DNA from: Octopus vulgaris
Taxonomy: Eukaryota
Assembly (NCBI GenBank): GCA_951406725.2
Contig: OX597814.1
Span: 158,224,001-158,288,000, forward strand
Direction of reading: 5' to 3'
Length of the DNA: 64,000 nucleotides
The translations under genes were made by a program, and so were the position numbers. Shown piece after piece: positions 50,632-64,000 of this stretch (position 1 is the first letter of the stretch; each line of letters starts with the position of its first letter). The notes beneath the pieces were generated by a model. The model was not told the DNA's origin and searched no databases. It worked only from the letters and a program-made list of their open reading frames with translations.

Positions 50632-51330
50632 GGATCTTTACCTTTTGACCTACAGATTTAAAAAAATAATTTTTTGTAACTAAACACTTTCAAACTTCTG
50701 ACACTAGTAGAATGTGTCATATAAAACATATTTTATTCTTAGCATTTTTGAGAAAAACTAATTCGTTAAAGTTCTCATATTTCGGTAATTTCAACCAATC
50801 AATGACGTGTATTCAGCTGAATAAAATTACTGCCGTTGTTTGTCAACAAGAACTTCCGGTGGTGTATTTTTCGTTTGTTACTGTTATTTATGACATCGTT
50901 CGTGCGGTTGTACTGGTTTTAAGGTTTTAGGGTTATGGTTAGGGTTTTAGGTTTAGGATTAGGGTTTTAGGTTTAGGGGTAGGGTTTTAGGGTTAGGGGT
51001 AGGGGTAGGTTTTTAGGGTTAGGGTTAGAGTTTTAGGGTTAGGTTTAGGGTTGTCATAAATAACAGTGACAAACTAAATATACACCACCGGAAGTTCTTG
51101 TTGACAAACAACAGCAGTACTTTTATTCAGCTGAATACACGTCATTGGTTGGTTGAAATTCGAAATAGGACAACTTTAACGTGAAATAACTTCGTAAATA
51201 TAAGTTTTTCTCAAAAATACTAAGAGTCAAAGATGTTTTATATGACACATTCTACCAGTGTCCGAGGTCTGGAAGTGTTTAGTTACAAACAAATAATTTT
51301 TTAAATCTGTAGGCCAAAAGGTAAAGATCC
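50632..51330. mobile_element. Foldback DNA element with ~270-bp TIRs and a telomere-like core
   Basis: GGATCTTTACCTTTTGACCTACAGATTT / AAATCTGTAGGCCAAAAGGTAAAGATCC; degenerate (TTAGGG)n at ~50915-51052; flanks AAAAAAAG / AAAAAACG. Confidence 0.88.
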
Positions 51331-54137
51331 AAAAAACGTATTCTCTAGATATATGTTTCTAAGAATCTTTTCTTTCAATGGATTTCACTTTTCAATAAAA
51401 AATAACAGCATTTCATGAAGTTTTTTTTAATGTTATTGGTTTTAGCAAGATATTTCTTAGATTGAAATTTCTAATAATTACTATTTACAGACATTTTCAA
51501 GAGACTTTTCTTATTAGTACACATCTTTCACTCGATGTACAGTTTTGTTAAAATTAATGAAACAAACACTTTAAACTGAAAGCAGAGGCAAAAAGGGAGC
51601 ATCAGAATGCATTCAGATAAGGTCGTATAAATTGTGAATTTCGTATATTTTTTATTGTTTGACATACACATATCTAATAATGAAAACACCTCTAGCATGC
51701 CTGCATTATTTTACCAATTGCATTTACCTCACATAGTTTAGATTGATGTCGTTTCTAAAACAACAAATTAACCCTCATAGTTGTACAAAACTAACAAAAC
51801 TATGTAACATATATTGAATGCAAAGTAACTTCAGACGAATATATATTTTGTTGCTTTTATCATATTTCTTCTTCGTGCTTCTACATACCGAAACCAAAAT
51901 TAAAAGACTGGTTGCATTGCACTCACATCTAACATGCTTCAGTATTATATAATATACCAGTGAGGCTACATATTTTGAAGGTCATGTATTGCTCAGAAGC
52001 CAACTTTTAGCTTCAACGAGCGAAATATTCTTCAATATACCCTACAAATAAATCGTCTACGCATGAAATACAAATGAAAGAAAAATAGAGGTTTTCTTTT
52101 CAGCAAGTTCTTTCAGAATATCTGGCGTTGTGCCTGCACCATCTAAGTAACCTTTTTATTTTATGGTGTAAGATTTTATAACTAGCAAATCTAGTTCCAT
52201 CATTATACAAAGGAAAACATATTTCTGGAGTGTTGTCAAATAATTCTGCTGTAGCAGAGAAAATTGCTGTAAATAAAATATCATGATTATTTTTCTGTAA
52301 GTTTCGAAGCCAAAATCGAATATTTGATCTTGTTAATGTTTCATTAAATGCTGACGACGAAGTCATTTGAAAAAAAGGATATATTCTTTCTGTTTTTCGT
52401 GTCAAAGAAGATAGTTTTTTGAGAAAAAGAGAGTAGCATGCGTAAAATACAATACTATTTCTGTTTAAAAATTACAGAACAACGATAATCTTTTTTATAA
52501 AAACACTAAAAAGGCATCTCCCGTTGAATCTATTTCGTAATATAATTCTTATTTGTGATTCTGACTTCATTCATTTAATAGTATTTTTGGTGAAGGTATG
52601 AATGTTAAAACTTCTCATTTTGAGTTTTAAAAATATTTCATATTTCTTTGTTGTTTCATTTATTTTGGGGGCAAATATCTCGAAAACATATTTTCGTTTA
52701 GACACGCGTTTATGAATGCTAGAAAAAAACTATTGAATTTACTAAAGAGAACAAAAAGAAAGATGCTATCAACCAGTTGTCGCTTTATTATTTTGTTTGA
52801 AAATATTAAATGCAGAAAATGAGATAAAATGTTCAATATCTTGTTTCACGAATTTGTTTGTATGCATTCATCATTCAGAGATGCCGCGTACAAAACTCAC
52901 TGTTAAAAAGACATATTACATTTATTCATCATTTAGATAAACTTTTATTCAGTTATATCCAGATTTGAGGCAAAATAATGGCATATTGTGTTGTAGTAAA
53001 TCCGTCTGAACTTTAAGTTCGAATCTAGCCGTGGTCAACTCCACGACTGCCGTAGATTGGCTGAATTGCTAAAGCGTTAGATGAGATGCCTAAAAGTATT
53101 TGTTTCACTGCTTGGCTTTCCGAAGTTTTGGTTGACAGTCAAAACTCGTTGCCTGGTTTTAGCATCACTGAGATTGGTTGCGTTTATCGAAATTCAGTGT
53201 ATCGCATGCAATCGAGCAAGGTCGCTGGTTTAAGAATTACTTCCTCCCTTCATCCAGCCGGTATCAGAGTTCTTAGCAAAAAGGGGTCATGAGGTCTACA
53301 CTTCACTCTCGGATCTATTCATTATACTTTATCGGAGAAAAATAGCATTTCTAAATTACGCTCGATATTTCTAAATCGCTACTGGTGCCCCAGCATGGCC
53401 GAGGCCTTCGGGCTAAAACATTTTTAAGGATTTTAGGGATTTATAGTGAGTCTAAGGATTATAAATTACTAAAATCACTCACAACGAAAAGAAAAGCCAA
53501 TAGCTTTATTATTAATTCTGGTCACTAGAGGTAGGAAAGACTTCGCTGAAATTTGAATAAGCTAAAACTAAATTGAGAGAGAGAGCATTTTCCTGTTGTT
53601 ATTTAATATTTCTATTCTTGATCTAGTATATAGACTCCTTACAATAACATTTAATAACACAAAAAAAAATTTCTCAAATCATAAACACAAAAGGTCTCTT
53701 CCACTAAAGCATTTATACAAATATTGCTTTTACAGAAATATTCATAGACACACCCACATGAGGTCGAATTGGATACAACAATCTTTTTATACAAATGATA
53801 GAGAAATGTAGTTTATGTTAAGATCCATGTTTTTGATCACGCTGTTTGGCCACAACAAAGTGAAAGATGTGCAAAGGAGAAGAAATGGACGGAATACAAA
53901 TATTATAGTACTTGGTCCGTTACTATACTTTTTTATTTTTTATTTTCTGTGTTTTTCAGATGAAGAAAGACATGACTCACCAATAGCACCAATAACTACG
54001 ACCTCTTTTCTTGTCTCTTAGTCTGGCGAGATGAAAGAGTGAGTTAATTTCAGGCTCGCGACCTGGTTCAGATGGTTGCAAAAACAGAGATATCTACTAA
54101 GAAATAATGCAAGCGAGCGGACGATAAATGAAGTCGT

Positions 54138-54209
<72 letters not shown>

Positions 54210-54233
54210 TTACTACTACTACTACTACTACTA

Positions 54234-54303
<70 letters not shown>

Positions 54304-56198
54304 CGAACGCTTTCTTGTTCCATTTTCCAAAACTTATTCACAGAAATTTTGGTCAGTCAGAAGCTGTGGTTAAAAGAAACTTGTTGCGTAGTGGGATTGA
54401 ACTTCTTAAATGCGTAGTCATGCCTGCTTTCAATTACAAATGCAACAGAAACCAGTAAAACTTTCATATAGCCTACATACTTACTTTGAAGTTTAATTGT
54501 AACATATGGCAAAACCTGTTCGCTAGGAATTTGCAAAAAAGACTTACGCAGCTATAGTACAAAAATAGATGAATAGATATGTGTATGTATGTGTATACAC
54601 ATAATACCAACATACATCCATACATACATAATACATACGTAAATATATTCACATTTATATACATATAAACATTCTAACACAAACACACACAAGGATGCAC
54701 ACGCACAAACACACATATATGTATACATGCATACACACACTTATATACTTTTGCCTGAGTAGCGAAAACATGACTTTGTTAATGATCTGTCTGTCTAGCA
54801 GAAGTAATATTTTACAGAGATTGTCATGACAGATGAAGAGTAAATAATCTAATGCTGTTAAGTATTTCGTAGCTCATGTTAGATGGTTGGATGAACCTAA
54901 TTATGTATGAAATCGTGTTACCTTCTAATAACTTTAGACAAATTTCTTGTTCATCGTCGTGTCAACCTTAATCGAGCAGATCTATGAACAATGGCGTTCC
55001 GAACGTAGCCATCCGTATTTTATTCTGACAAAGTGTAACAAGGACTACATTTTACAATGTGTCCCTCTGTTTAATACAGTAGCGGTAATTTGAGAAAAAG
55101 TTGGCTACTAATAGTAGGTCGAGCGAAGACGTAGATACTCGTTCATGAGCAGAGATGTTGAACAGGATGGTAATTACCGTGGTAGATGGTGTATGACATA
55201 AATATGAATGCGCATTTAGAAATGAGAAGTAAACTCACTTAACCAGACAATATGACATACACCTACAGTCTATAAATATAATTGCTAAGCTTAACACAAT
55301 CCTATTCTCCAGTTTGTCACTCTGGCATATGCCAACCGTGAAACACAGTGAGATAGAAAGACTGAAATAAAATAGCCTGCTAACACGCTTCGTCATTCAT
55401 TAAAACTCTTTAAATGCAATGTATACATCTTAGCCAGTTTGCACACACACACACATAAACACATGCAGTAAATACGGCTTGCACTGTGGAACATTCCCTT
55501 CATCAGCTTCGCCTAGTTATTACAACAATTAGATAACTTTCTATACATGTCCACCAATGGTGCCAAGGAAGACTGATGCAAACCTAGACATTTTCAGATT
55601 TTTTTCATTCAATTCGCAGTGGGCATTTTTTACAATCATCCATGCAATCTACACGAAACCAAGGGATCCGTAACTACCCAATGATTTTGTTTCACTACTC
55701 GTTGAGAATGCTTTCATCACTCAGCTTTTCTCTTTTTTAATGTGCTTCAGCAAGAAAAAGTAGAGCATATTTCTGATGAAGCATTCTATTGCTTCGCTCC
55801 GCAGATCGAAAAGAAAGTGCTTTTGTTAGGCCAACAGGTTTAAACTTGGGTAGTGCCAAAATACTTGAACGATATGTCGTCACAAAACTATAGACAAACT
55901 GTATCATTCCAAGTTAACTGTTTAACAGTGTCTGAGATAGAAGTACATTATACAGAGATTTCGAGAAGAACCGTAACTTAAATTCATCTCAGTAACATAA
56001 TTCACAATAGTTTTCTATGCTGCTAATTTTATGTTGGCGAAACTAAAATTTGCTTTATATTCGCCCGAGTCTAACTCGTGTACTCCGTACAGCTGCAGTC
56101 ATCTCTTCCATTCTCAGGTTGAATTATTCCACCCCAATCACTATTATGAGTACTCATGAATCGAACAAGAAGTGGGTCTTAATAATCTCGTAGCATTA

Positions 56199-56418
56199 TA
56201 CGAGGGTGTGCTGAAAAGTTCTGGCTTTAAGTGTGTCGCGAAACTTCTATTTGGAGGCTCAACTTCCCGATTTCTTTTACAGAGCTTAGAAAAACTAAAG
56301 GACCGCTGCAATAAGTGCGCGAAGCTGAGAGGCCAATATGCTGAATAAAGTCAAAATAGGCTGATCCTCCTGTACTTTCTTTTACCTAAAGACAGGAAAT
56401 TTTCAGCACACCCTCGTA
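56199..56418 (+). mobile_element. Mariner-derived MITE
   Basis: TA-CGAGGGTGTGCTGAAAA / TTTTCAGCACACCCTCG-TA; internal LEKLKDRCNKCAKLRGQYAE* resembles a transposase C-terminus. Confidence 0.88.
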
Positions 56419-57040
56419 TAGCAGTAGGATTTTATTACGAGTTGTGTTAAGACAATGTGAGATTATTAGTAGCATTCAACATCAAAATTACCGTATAGCA
56501 TGATGGGAGACTAGCCACTTCTGCAGGAAATTGGTAGCACATATTTTCACAGAGAGATTGCAAAACGTGTTGAAAGTGAGGCACGAAAGAAAATACGACC
56601 AGTAGCTTCGGTGATCGGTGTAAAAAGGAAAAGAGAATAAGTTTCGCCGTGTGTTTATTGTCCTTGTGTTTCTAATCCTTTAGGATATTCCTCCTGGTGT
56701 TATACTTTTCGTTTTCTGTCCGACCGTAAGGCCGTATTCTGTTTATTTATTTCAATTTGTTCATATGTCCATATTTCTTCTTGTTTGTTTTCGTCTTAGT
56801 CGTTCTTCCATCCTCTAATGGTCTCGCCTTGAGTTACACTGTCTTCATGTTTCTATGTTAACGTTCTGTAATGCATTTCTGTATATTTCTTGTTTGCTTG
56901 TTCATTTTCGCTCATTTGATCCCTTGTTCGTTGGCTCGCCATTTGCCGGCGACTTCATGCTGCCGGCACCACCAGGAGCCTCAATATTATCGTTGAAGAC
57001 GTGAGATTACGTTTGACCACCAGGCCGATTACTAATGGGG

Positions 57041-57082
<42 letters not shown>

Positions 57083-57108
57083 ATATATATGCCTGTTTGT
57101 ATGTATGC

Positions 57109-57140
<32 letters not shown>

Positions 57141-57157
57141 GTGTATGTATGTATGTA

Positions 57158-57188
<31 letters not shown>

Positions 57189-57284
57189 ATGTATGTATGT
57201 ATGTATGCATGAATGCATGCATGCATGTATGTATGTATGTATGGATGGATGGATGGATGGATGGATATGTATGCATGTATACGT

Positions 57285-57600
57285 GAAGACGCATGGCTCA
57301 GTGGTTAGAGTGTCGGACTCACAATCCTAAAATTGTGAGTTCGATTCCTGCACCGGGGTCTGTGTTATGTTCTTGAGCGAGAACTTATTTCACGTTGCTC
57401 CAGTTCACTCAACTATAGAAATAGGTTGCGACGTCACTGGTGCCAAGCTGTATTGGCCTTTGCCTTTCCCTTGGATAACATTGGTGGCGTGAAGAGGAGA
57501 GGCTGGTGTGCATGGGCGACTGCCGATCTTCCATAAACAACCTGGCCCGGACTTGTGATTTGGAAGGGAACTTTCTAGGTGTAATCCCATGCAGAATAAT
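57285..57600 (+). mobile_element. tRNA-derived SINE, family C
   Basis: A-box TGGCTCAGTGGTTAG and B-box GAGTTCGATTCC, then GTTCTTGAGC...ACTT core. Confidence 0.8.
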
Positions 57601-59793
57601 AACAAAGGAGGTTCTTTATCCTATATGTGTATATATTTATCATGTGATGTTTGTATGTTTAATTACATATTGTCTTTATTATCGTTCCCAAAAGGATTAA
57701 AAGTAAACTTGATCTGAGAAGGATTTGCACTTAAAATGCAGCGAGGCGATACAACACCCCTAAATCAGTGTATATAACGACCGTAATGACACTGCCACAC
57801 ATTCCAAAATGTATATACATATATACATATACATATGTATACAGAACTCAAAAATATATTTTACCAAACTATAAATTAATATGAATTATATTTTATACAA
57901 CAATGAACTACTAATGACGAATGTAAATTATGAATGCGACTGCACATTGAACGGCTTAAACGTCATTAAATTAGACATAGAAGTAAGGCAACCGCAGTCA
58001 ACTAACCATGACCTTACCACGATGACTGGTTTCAGTGCACTGCAGCACACGAAACAAAATTAGATAAGAAAACATTGATGAATAACACATCCCAACTGTA
58101 GAGAATTTTCAATAGAAATAAGGTTTAATAACCGACACCAATGCGTAGCACGGCACTACGTTAAAATAAAGGCACAGATAATAACACTGGCTAGAAACAA
58201 AAATTAAATCCGACAGACAACGTTCAAATTTGACGATAAAAATTTTATACTCTGGCAGTAACGTTCACGTTACCCTGGACTGCCTCTACAAAGAAGCTGT
58301 AACACACCAATATGACCCGATCCTGAAGATGAGTCTACGAAAATTTAGAAGCGTTGATGGTGGATTTAGAAACTTTACCTTTCCAAAATAACTGCCAAAA
58401 AAATGTTATAAAAAAGATCAAACTAGAACATTGTTATATTTCTAAAACAACACACTCACACGCACGCATGCACACACGCACGCACATATACGCATGCACA
58501 TAGATACATATATTCATGTATCTACATATACAAAAATAAAAGTACGATGCATACACGAAGTTAACATGCAGATGTTTGTATTACATGATAACAGTTACTG
58601 TTTCAAATTTAAGAAACTTTCCACGTTCTCTATGCACGATACATACAATATTTGTATCGCTGCTAGAAAATGAAAAGGAGAAAAGTTTCAAATTAAACAA
58701 AGTAAAAGCACTACAAATTCTTGGTCCTTTTATGAGAAATATCTTTGTTTTGTTAAAAGAAGAAAGAAAAATACAGCATTTATAAAGGAACATTTGATAT
58801 ATTATCAATATTTTGTACAACCAGATTTATTCTGCTCATGTAGACTATAAACGAAAGGCATTTCATTTGTGATCATTCTGTATTTTCTTCGGAAACAGTG
58901 TGTCTAGGACTACATTATCCATTGTGTCTGTTCTGTTTTTAAGAAAAGAGCGTGTGATTTGAAGGAGATTTGGCTAGTATTTCTAGCAAATCGCGCAAGC
59001 ACGCAACTCAGGTAGTGTATCACCACACTCTTGGTTTAGCTTAACTTCATGCCATTGCCTCATATGACTTATTTTCTTTAGCTTAATGTTTGAAAATAAT
59101 TTATATAAGGTTTTATGTTCTTGTTAATTGATACTTTCTTTATCAAGATGAATAGTTTCCAGGGTGATATTTCTGAGTATGAACTTTCTGAATACACGTG
59201 TACTATCTGCCCTATTATATGGCATACTACTAATTTTTAGATTTCTACTAGATGTCGACTATCTCAGATCTTTTATATTCTTCATATATTATGTTACAGC
59301 AGGCTATGAACCACTGTCTGTCAAAAAGGTATTTGATTATAAATATATACTTGGAGCTTCAGGAATGATAACAGGCGACTTTCAAGTGGTATTGTCATGT
59401 TCATTTATATATATACATGGCTTTGTTTTATGTGTATTTGTGTGGAACTATGTTTATGCATGTATACAATTTCAAATCTGTATTTGTGCATTGATTCGTG
59501 GGCGGTAGAGTGACAGGATCAGTTGAGGATAGATGAAAACAATTGTTTCGGTCCCTTACGTGCTGAGTTCAGATTTGTTTTTCGTCCATCCAAGGCCCAA
59601 AAGACAAACAAGCAAAAAAAGAAGCAAAGGAGGTACAACGTTTGATTTAATCGAAAACACGCAATCAGCAGTGAAGTTAACGCACAACCACAATTCTCCA
59701 ATGAAGTGACACAGTTCGGAGTACACTACTGTTACATGAATATAATTTGACTGTAAACACACTATAACACAATCTTATATCTCTGCCAACTAA

Positions 59794-59868
<75 letters not shown>

Positions 59869-59975
59869 ACACACGCACACACACATTTAGCTACAAGGAG
59901 AAAACTCAGATCGCTTCCCGCACAGAGAAGAATAGAGGACTTCGAAGACAAAGGGGTTGGGTGGTGTATACCTAT

Positions 59976-60204
59976 TTCTTTACTACCCACAAAGGGCTAA
60001 ACATAGAAGGGACAAACAAAGACAGACAAACGGATTAAGTCGATTATATCGATCCCAGTGCGTAACTAGTACTTATTTAATCGACCCCAAAAGGATGAAA
60101 GGCAAAGTCGACCTCGGCGGAATTTGAACTCAGAACGTAGCGGCAGACGAGATACCGCTAAGCATGTCACCCACTGAGCTAACGTTTCTACCAGCTCGCC
60201 GCAT
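59976..60204 (-). mobile_element. tRNA-derived SINE, family B, full length with 19-bp TSD
   Basis: TSD TTGGGTGGTGTATACCTAT at 59957-59975 and 60205-60223; minus strand B-box GAGTTCAAATTCC followed by GTCGACTTTGCCTTTCATCCTTTTGGGGTCGAT. Confidence 0.92.
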
Positions 60205-60854
60205 TTGGGTGGTGTATACCTATCGCCATTTGGTGTATTACGGTGGATAACACATTTTCATAGAGAAACTATCGTAAAACTATAATTTGTTTTTGTTAGC
60301 AAGTTCATTAACCTGCTTCGATAGCAATTTTAAGCTGATGAGAAGAGGGTGATGACTAGAAGTTGTAGGAAATTATTCCAGATAAGGGTACAAATTGTTG
60401 GATCCGAAAATGTGGCCTATGTTCTAGAGTTAAGAGAAAAGTGTACATATTGTTGGGATAGGCGAAGGAGGAGCATATTGTAAAACTAGCGTAGAGCGCT
60501 GAATTCCATATCACCGCCTCTGAGTATACATGATATCTAAAAATGTGGTATACGAAAAATGAAAAAACAAAAGAAAACAGAAGTAGCTAGCTAGTAGAAA
60601 ATAAAAGCCCAAGATAAAGAGACGTCCCAAAAATGATTTCAAAAACCCATGGAAAAATGATATGGCAAAATATGGAATGAGTTGTGATGACAACGTGGTT
60701 TAATCATTCGGTATATATATACACATATATGCCTCTGTGTGTGTGTGTGTGTACATATGTATATATCTATATATGCGTATACGTAGATATGGAACAATAA
60801 GAATGAGTACTCAGCAAAGCATCGGTGGATAGAGATTCTTTGTTTGTCTATTAA

Positions 60855-60978
60855 GGCTACCATTGGTTTCATGCTTAGGAATACTTCATCAGTTATCAAT
60901 ACTATCACATGGAACATTGGTGTTCGTCTCCATTCTGGAGTTGTTGAGGTAATCCCTAGCATGACACCGATGGTAGCC
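60855..60978. mobile_element. 124-bp MITE flanked by TTAA
   Basis: TTAA-GGCTACCATTGGTTTCATGCT...AGCATGACACCGATGGTAGCC-TTAA. Confidence 0.75.
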
Positions 60979-61004
60979 TTAACACACAAATGTATATATG
61001 TATG

Positions 61005-61037
<33 letters not shown>

Positions 61038-61323
61038 ATACGTATGTATGTGTATAGAGAGAGAAAAGGAGGGGAGAGAGAAAGAGGAGGAGAGACAGAA
61101 AGAGTGTGATAGACATAGAGTGAGGGAGGAAGAGAGAGAAAGAGAAGAGAGTTGATTATGGATTCGCGTTGCTCTGATTTGCAACGAAGCGAAAATCTGA
61201 TCCATTCTGTTGAAGAGTATAGAATAACACTTACTTAAAGCAGACTCTGCTTAAGTTTCTTCTTGGAGTTTTCTCTAAAACCAAGAAATTCCGAGTAGCC
61301 ATTCTTTTAGACTCAGCATCAAG

Positions 61324-61423
<100 letters not shown>

Positions 61424-61693
61424 TTAATAAGGGTGAGAGAATTAGATACTAATTTAATAGTATATTTATTCCACACCAAGTGGCCTAGTGCTTCGAGAAA
61501 CCTGGATTATTATAATATTTTATAACATATTATAATATTTTTACAAAATAAATATAAGAGAGTGGTCACTATATTGCTCACTCTAGCACCAGTTAATCCA
61601 AAAGGTTTCAAACACGAAAATACATGCTTACCATGAAAGTCAGTACGATTGTTAGCTCACACGGACAGGGCAAATAAAAAATAACAAAAATAC

Positions 61694-61790
61694 AGATTAT
61701 TTTGGGACAATTGTTTCGCTATTAATGAATTAAATGTAATTTTACTTACAAAAAAAAAATCCATTTGTAGCTCTTCAGCCAAGACTATCT
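61694..61790 (-). ncRNA. Type-I hammerhead, array unit 1
   Basis: AGAUAGUCUUGG-CUGAAGA-GCUA-[hairpin]-UAGC-GAAA-CAAUUG-UC^-CCAAAAUAAUCU. Confidence 0.88.
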
Positions 61791-62231
61791 GGATGAAATC
61801 CACTCAATCACACGCCAGATTTTACCATAACGATAAATACGCGTGTGGTTCAATTGATTACATCCGACGTTATAATTCAAATGCCCCAACCAACAGCGCG
61901 CCAAACTCACACGGAAAACAAATACAGCATTTAGAAATAAATGCAGCATAATTATAATTAATTAATAAGGGTGAGAGAATTAGATACTAATTTAATAGTA
62001 TATTTATTCCACACCAAGTGGCCTAGTGCTTCGAGAAACCTGGATTATTATAATATTTTATAACATATTATAATATTTTTACAAAATAAATATAAGAGAG
62101 TGGTCACTATATTGCTCACTCTAGCACCAGTTAATCCAAAAGGTTTCAACCACGAAAATACATGCTTACCATGAAAGTCAGTACGATTGTTAGCTCACAC
62201 GGACAGGGCAAATAAAAAATAACAAAAATAC

Positions 62232-62327
62232 AGATTATTTTGGGACAATTGTTTCGCTATTAATGAATTAAATGTAATTTTACTTACAAAAAAAAATCCA
62301 TTTGTAGCTCGTCAGCCAAGACTATCT
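62232..62327 (-). ncRNA. Type-I hammerhead, array unit 2
   Basis: As unit 1, with core CUGACGA. Confidence 0.88.
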
Positions 62328-62765
62328 GGATGAAATCCACTCAATCACACGCCAGATTTTACCATAACGATAAATACGCGTGTGGTTCAATTGATTACAT
62401 CCGACGTTATAATTCAAATGCCCCAACCAACAGCGCGCCAAACTCTCACGGAAAACAAATACAGCATTTAGAAATAAATGCAGCATAATTATAATTAATT
62501 AATAAGGGTGAGAGAATTAGATACTAATTTAATAGTATATTTATTCCACACCAAGTGGCCTAGTGCTTCGAGAAACCTGGATTATTATATTTTATAACAT
62601 ATTATAATATTTTTACAAAATAAATATAAGAGAGTGGTCACTATATTGCTCACTCTAGCACCAGTTAATCCAAAAGGTTTCAACCACGAAAATACATGCT
62701 TACCATGAAAGTCAGTACGATTGTTAGCTCACACGGACAGGGCAAATAAAAAATAACAAAAATAC

Positions 62766-62860
62766 AGATTATTTTGGGACAATTGTTTCGCTATTAATGA
62801 ATTAAATGTAATTTTACTTAAAAAAAAAATCCATTTGTAGCTCGTCAGCCAAGACTATCT
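62766..62860 (-). ncRNA. Type-I hammerhead, array unit 3
   Basis: As unit 2. Confidence 0.88.
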
Positions 62861-63301
62861 GGATGAAATCCACTCAATCACACGCCAGATTTTACCATAA
62901 CGATAAATACGCGTGTGGTTCAATTGATTACATCCGACGTTATAATTCAAATGCCCCAACCAACAGCGCGCCAAACTCTCACGGAAAACAAATACAGCAT
63001 TTAGAAATAAATGCAGCATAATTATAATGAATTAATAAGGGTGAGAGAATTAGATACTAATTTAATAGTATATTTATTCCACACCAAGTGGCCTAGTGCT
63101 TCGAGAAACCTGGATTATTATAATATTTTATAACATATTATAATATTTTTACAAAATAAATATAAGAGAGTGGTCACTATATTGCTCACTCTAGCACCAG
63201 TTAATCCAAAAGGTTTCAACCACGAAAATACATGCTTACCATGAAAGTCAGTACGATTGTTAGCTCACACGGACAGGGCAAATAAAAAATAACAAAAATA
63301 C

Positions 63302-63397
63302 AGATTATTTTGGGACAATTGTTTCGCTATTAATGAATTAAATGTAATTTTACTTACAAAAAAAAATCCATTTGTAGCTCGTCAGCCAAGACTATCT
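63302..63397 (-). ncRNA. Type-I hammerhead, array unit 4
   Basis: As unit 2. Confidence 0.88.
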
Positions 63398-63617
63398 GGA
63401 TGAAATCCACTCAATCACACGCCAGATTTTACCATAACGATAAATACGCGTGTGGTTCAATTGATTACATCCGACGTTATAATTCAAATGCCCCAACCAA
63501 CAGCGCGCCAAACTCTCACGGAAAACAAATACAGCATTTAGAAATAAATGCAGCATAATTATAATTAATTAATAAGGGTGAGAGAATTAGATACTAATTT
63601 AATAGTATATTTATTTT

Positions 63618-64000
63618 TGTATTTTTGTTATTTTTTATTTGCCCTGTCCGTGTGAGCTAACAATCGTACTGACTTTCATGGTAAGCATGTATTTTCGTGG
63701 TTGAAACCTTTTGGATTAACTGGTGCTAGAGTGAGCAATATAGTGACCACTCTCTTATATTTATTTTGTAAAAATATTATAATATGTTATAAAATATTAT
63801 AATAATCCAGGTTTCTCGAAGCACTAGGCCACTTGGTGTGGAATAAATATACTATTAAATTAGTATCTAATTCTCTCACCCTTATTAATTAATTATAATT
63901 ATGCTGCATTTATTTCTAAATGCTGTATTTGTTTTCCGTGAGAGTTTGGCGCGCTGTTGGTTGGGGCATTTGAATTATAACGTCGGATGTAATCAATTGA
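63618..64000 (+). repeat. Inverted continuation of the 537-bp array (runs off the window)
   Basis: Reverse complement of the array unit, starting TGTATTTTTGTTATTTTTTATTTGCCC. Confidence 0.95.

Noticed and set aside
50915-51052. True telomere or chromosome-fusion site
   Set aside because: Short, degenerate, single orientation and enclosed by transposon-like TIRs.
52100-52405. 101-aa non-repetitive minus-strand ORF
   Set aside because: No recognisable motif, TTG start and no convincing splice pair.
55773-55812. CUGAUGA...GAAA (also CUGAUGA on the minus strand near 55500 and CUGAAGA near 58323)
   Set aside because: Helices do not abut the core boxes and no UH/helix I partner was found.
57285-57355. 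Functional tRNA gene (also other SINE heads)
   Set aside because: A/B boxes continue into SINE bodies and the acceptor stems do not close.
60857-60892. CUGAUGA...GAAA-CCAAUGG-UA on the minus strand
   Set aside because: No helix I and a poor helix II; it lies within the TIR of a TTAA-flanked MITE, so probably coincidental.

Overview
AT-rich, repeat-saturated eukaryotic DNA. It is most likely from a cephalopod (octopus-type), inferred from the SINE families and the microsatellite load. I find no convincing intact host gene: nearly all ORFs in the supplied track are microsatellite translations. Recognisable content includes decayed mariner transposons and MITEs, a hAT MITE, a 5'-truncated R4/Dong-type LINE in (TAA)n, a CR1/L2-type LINE 3' end, a Helitron helicase remnant, three tRNA-derived SINE families, a tRNA-His pseudogene, and several Penelope-like element (PLE) remnants (RT and GIY-YIG). 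The standout signal is RNA structure. About twenty hammerhead-ribozyme (HHR) motifs, several of them degenerate, sit mostly near element ends that abut (TA)n tracts. They include (i) a ~537-bp tandem array with one HHR per unit and an inversion; (ii) head-to-head inverted loci whose second arm starts 9-11 nt after the predicted HHR cleavage site; and (iii) three clear plus two degenerate copies of a hammerhead whose catalytic segments are in a non-circularly-permuted order, with helix pairing preserved although the helix sequences differ. All structures were read by eye, and none has been tested by folding software, database search or experiment.
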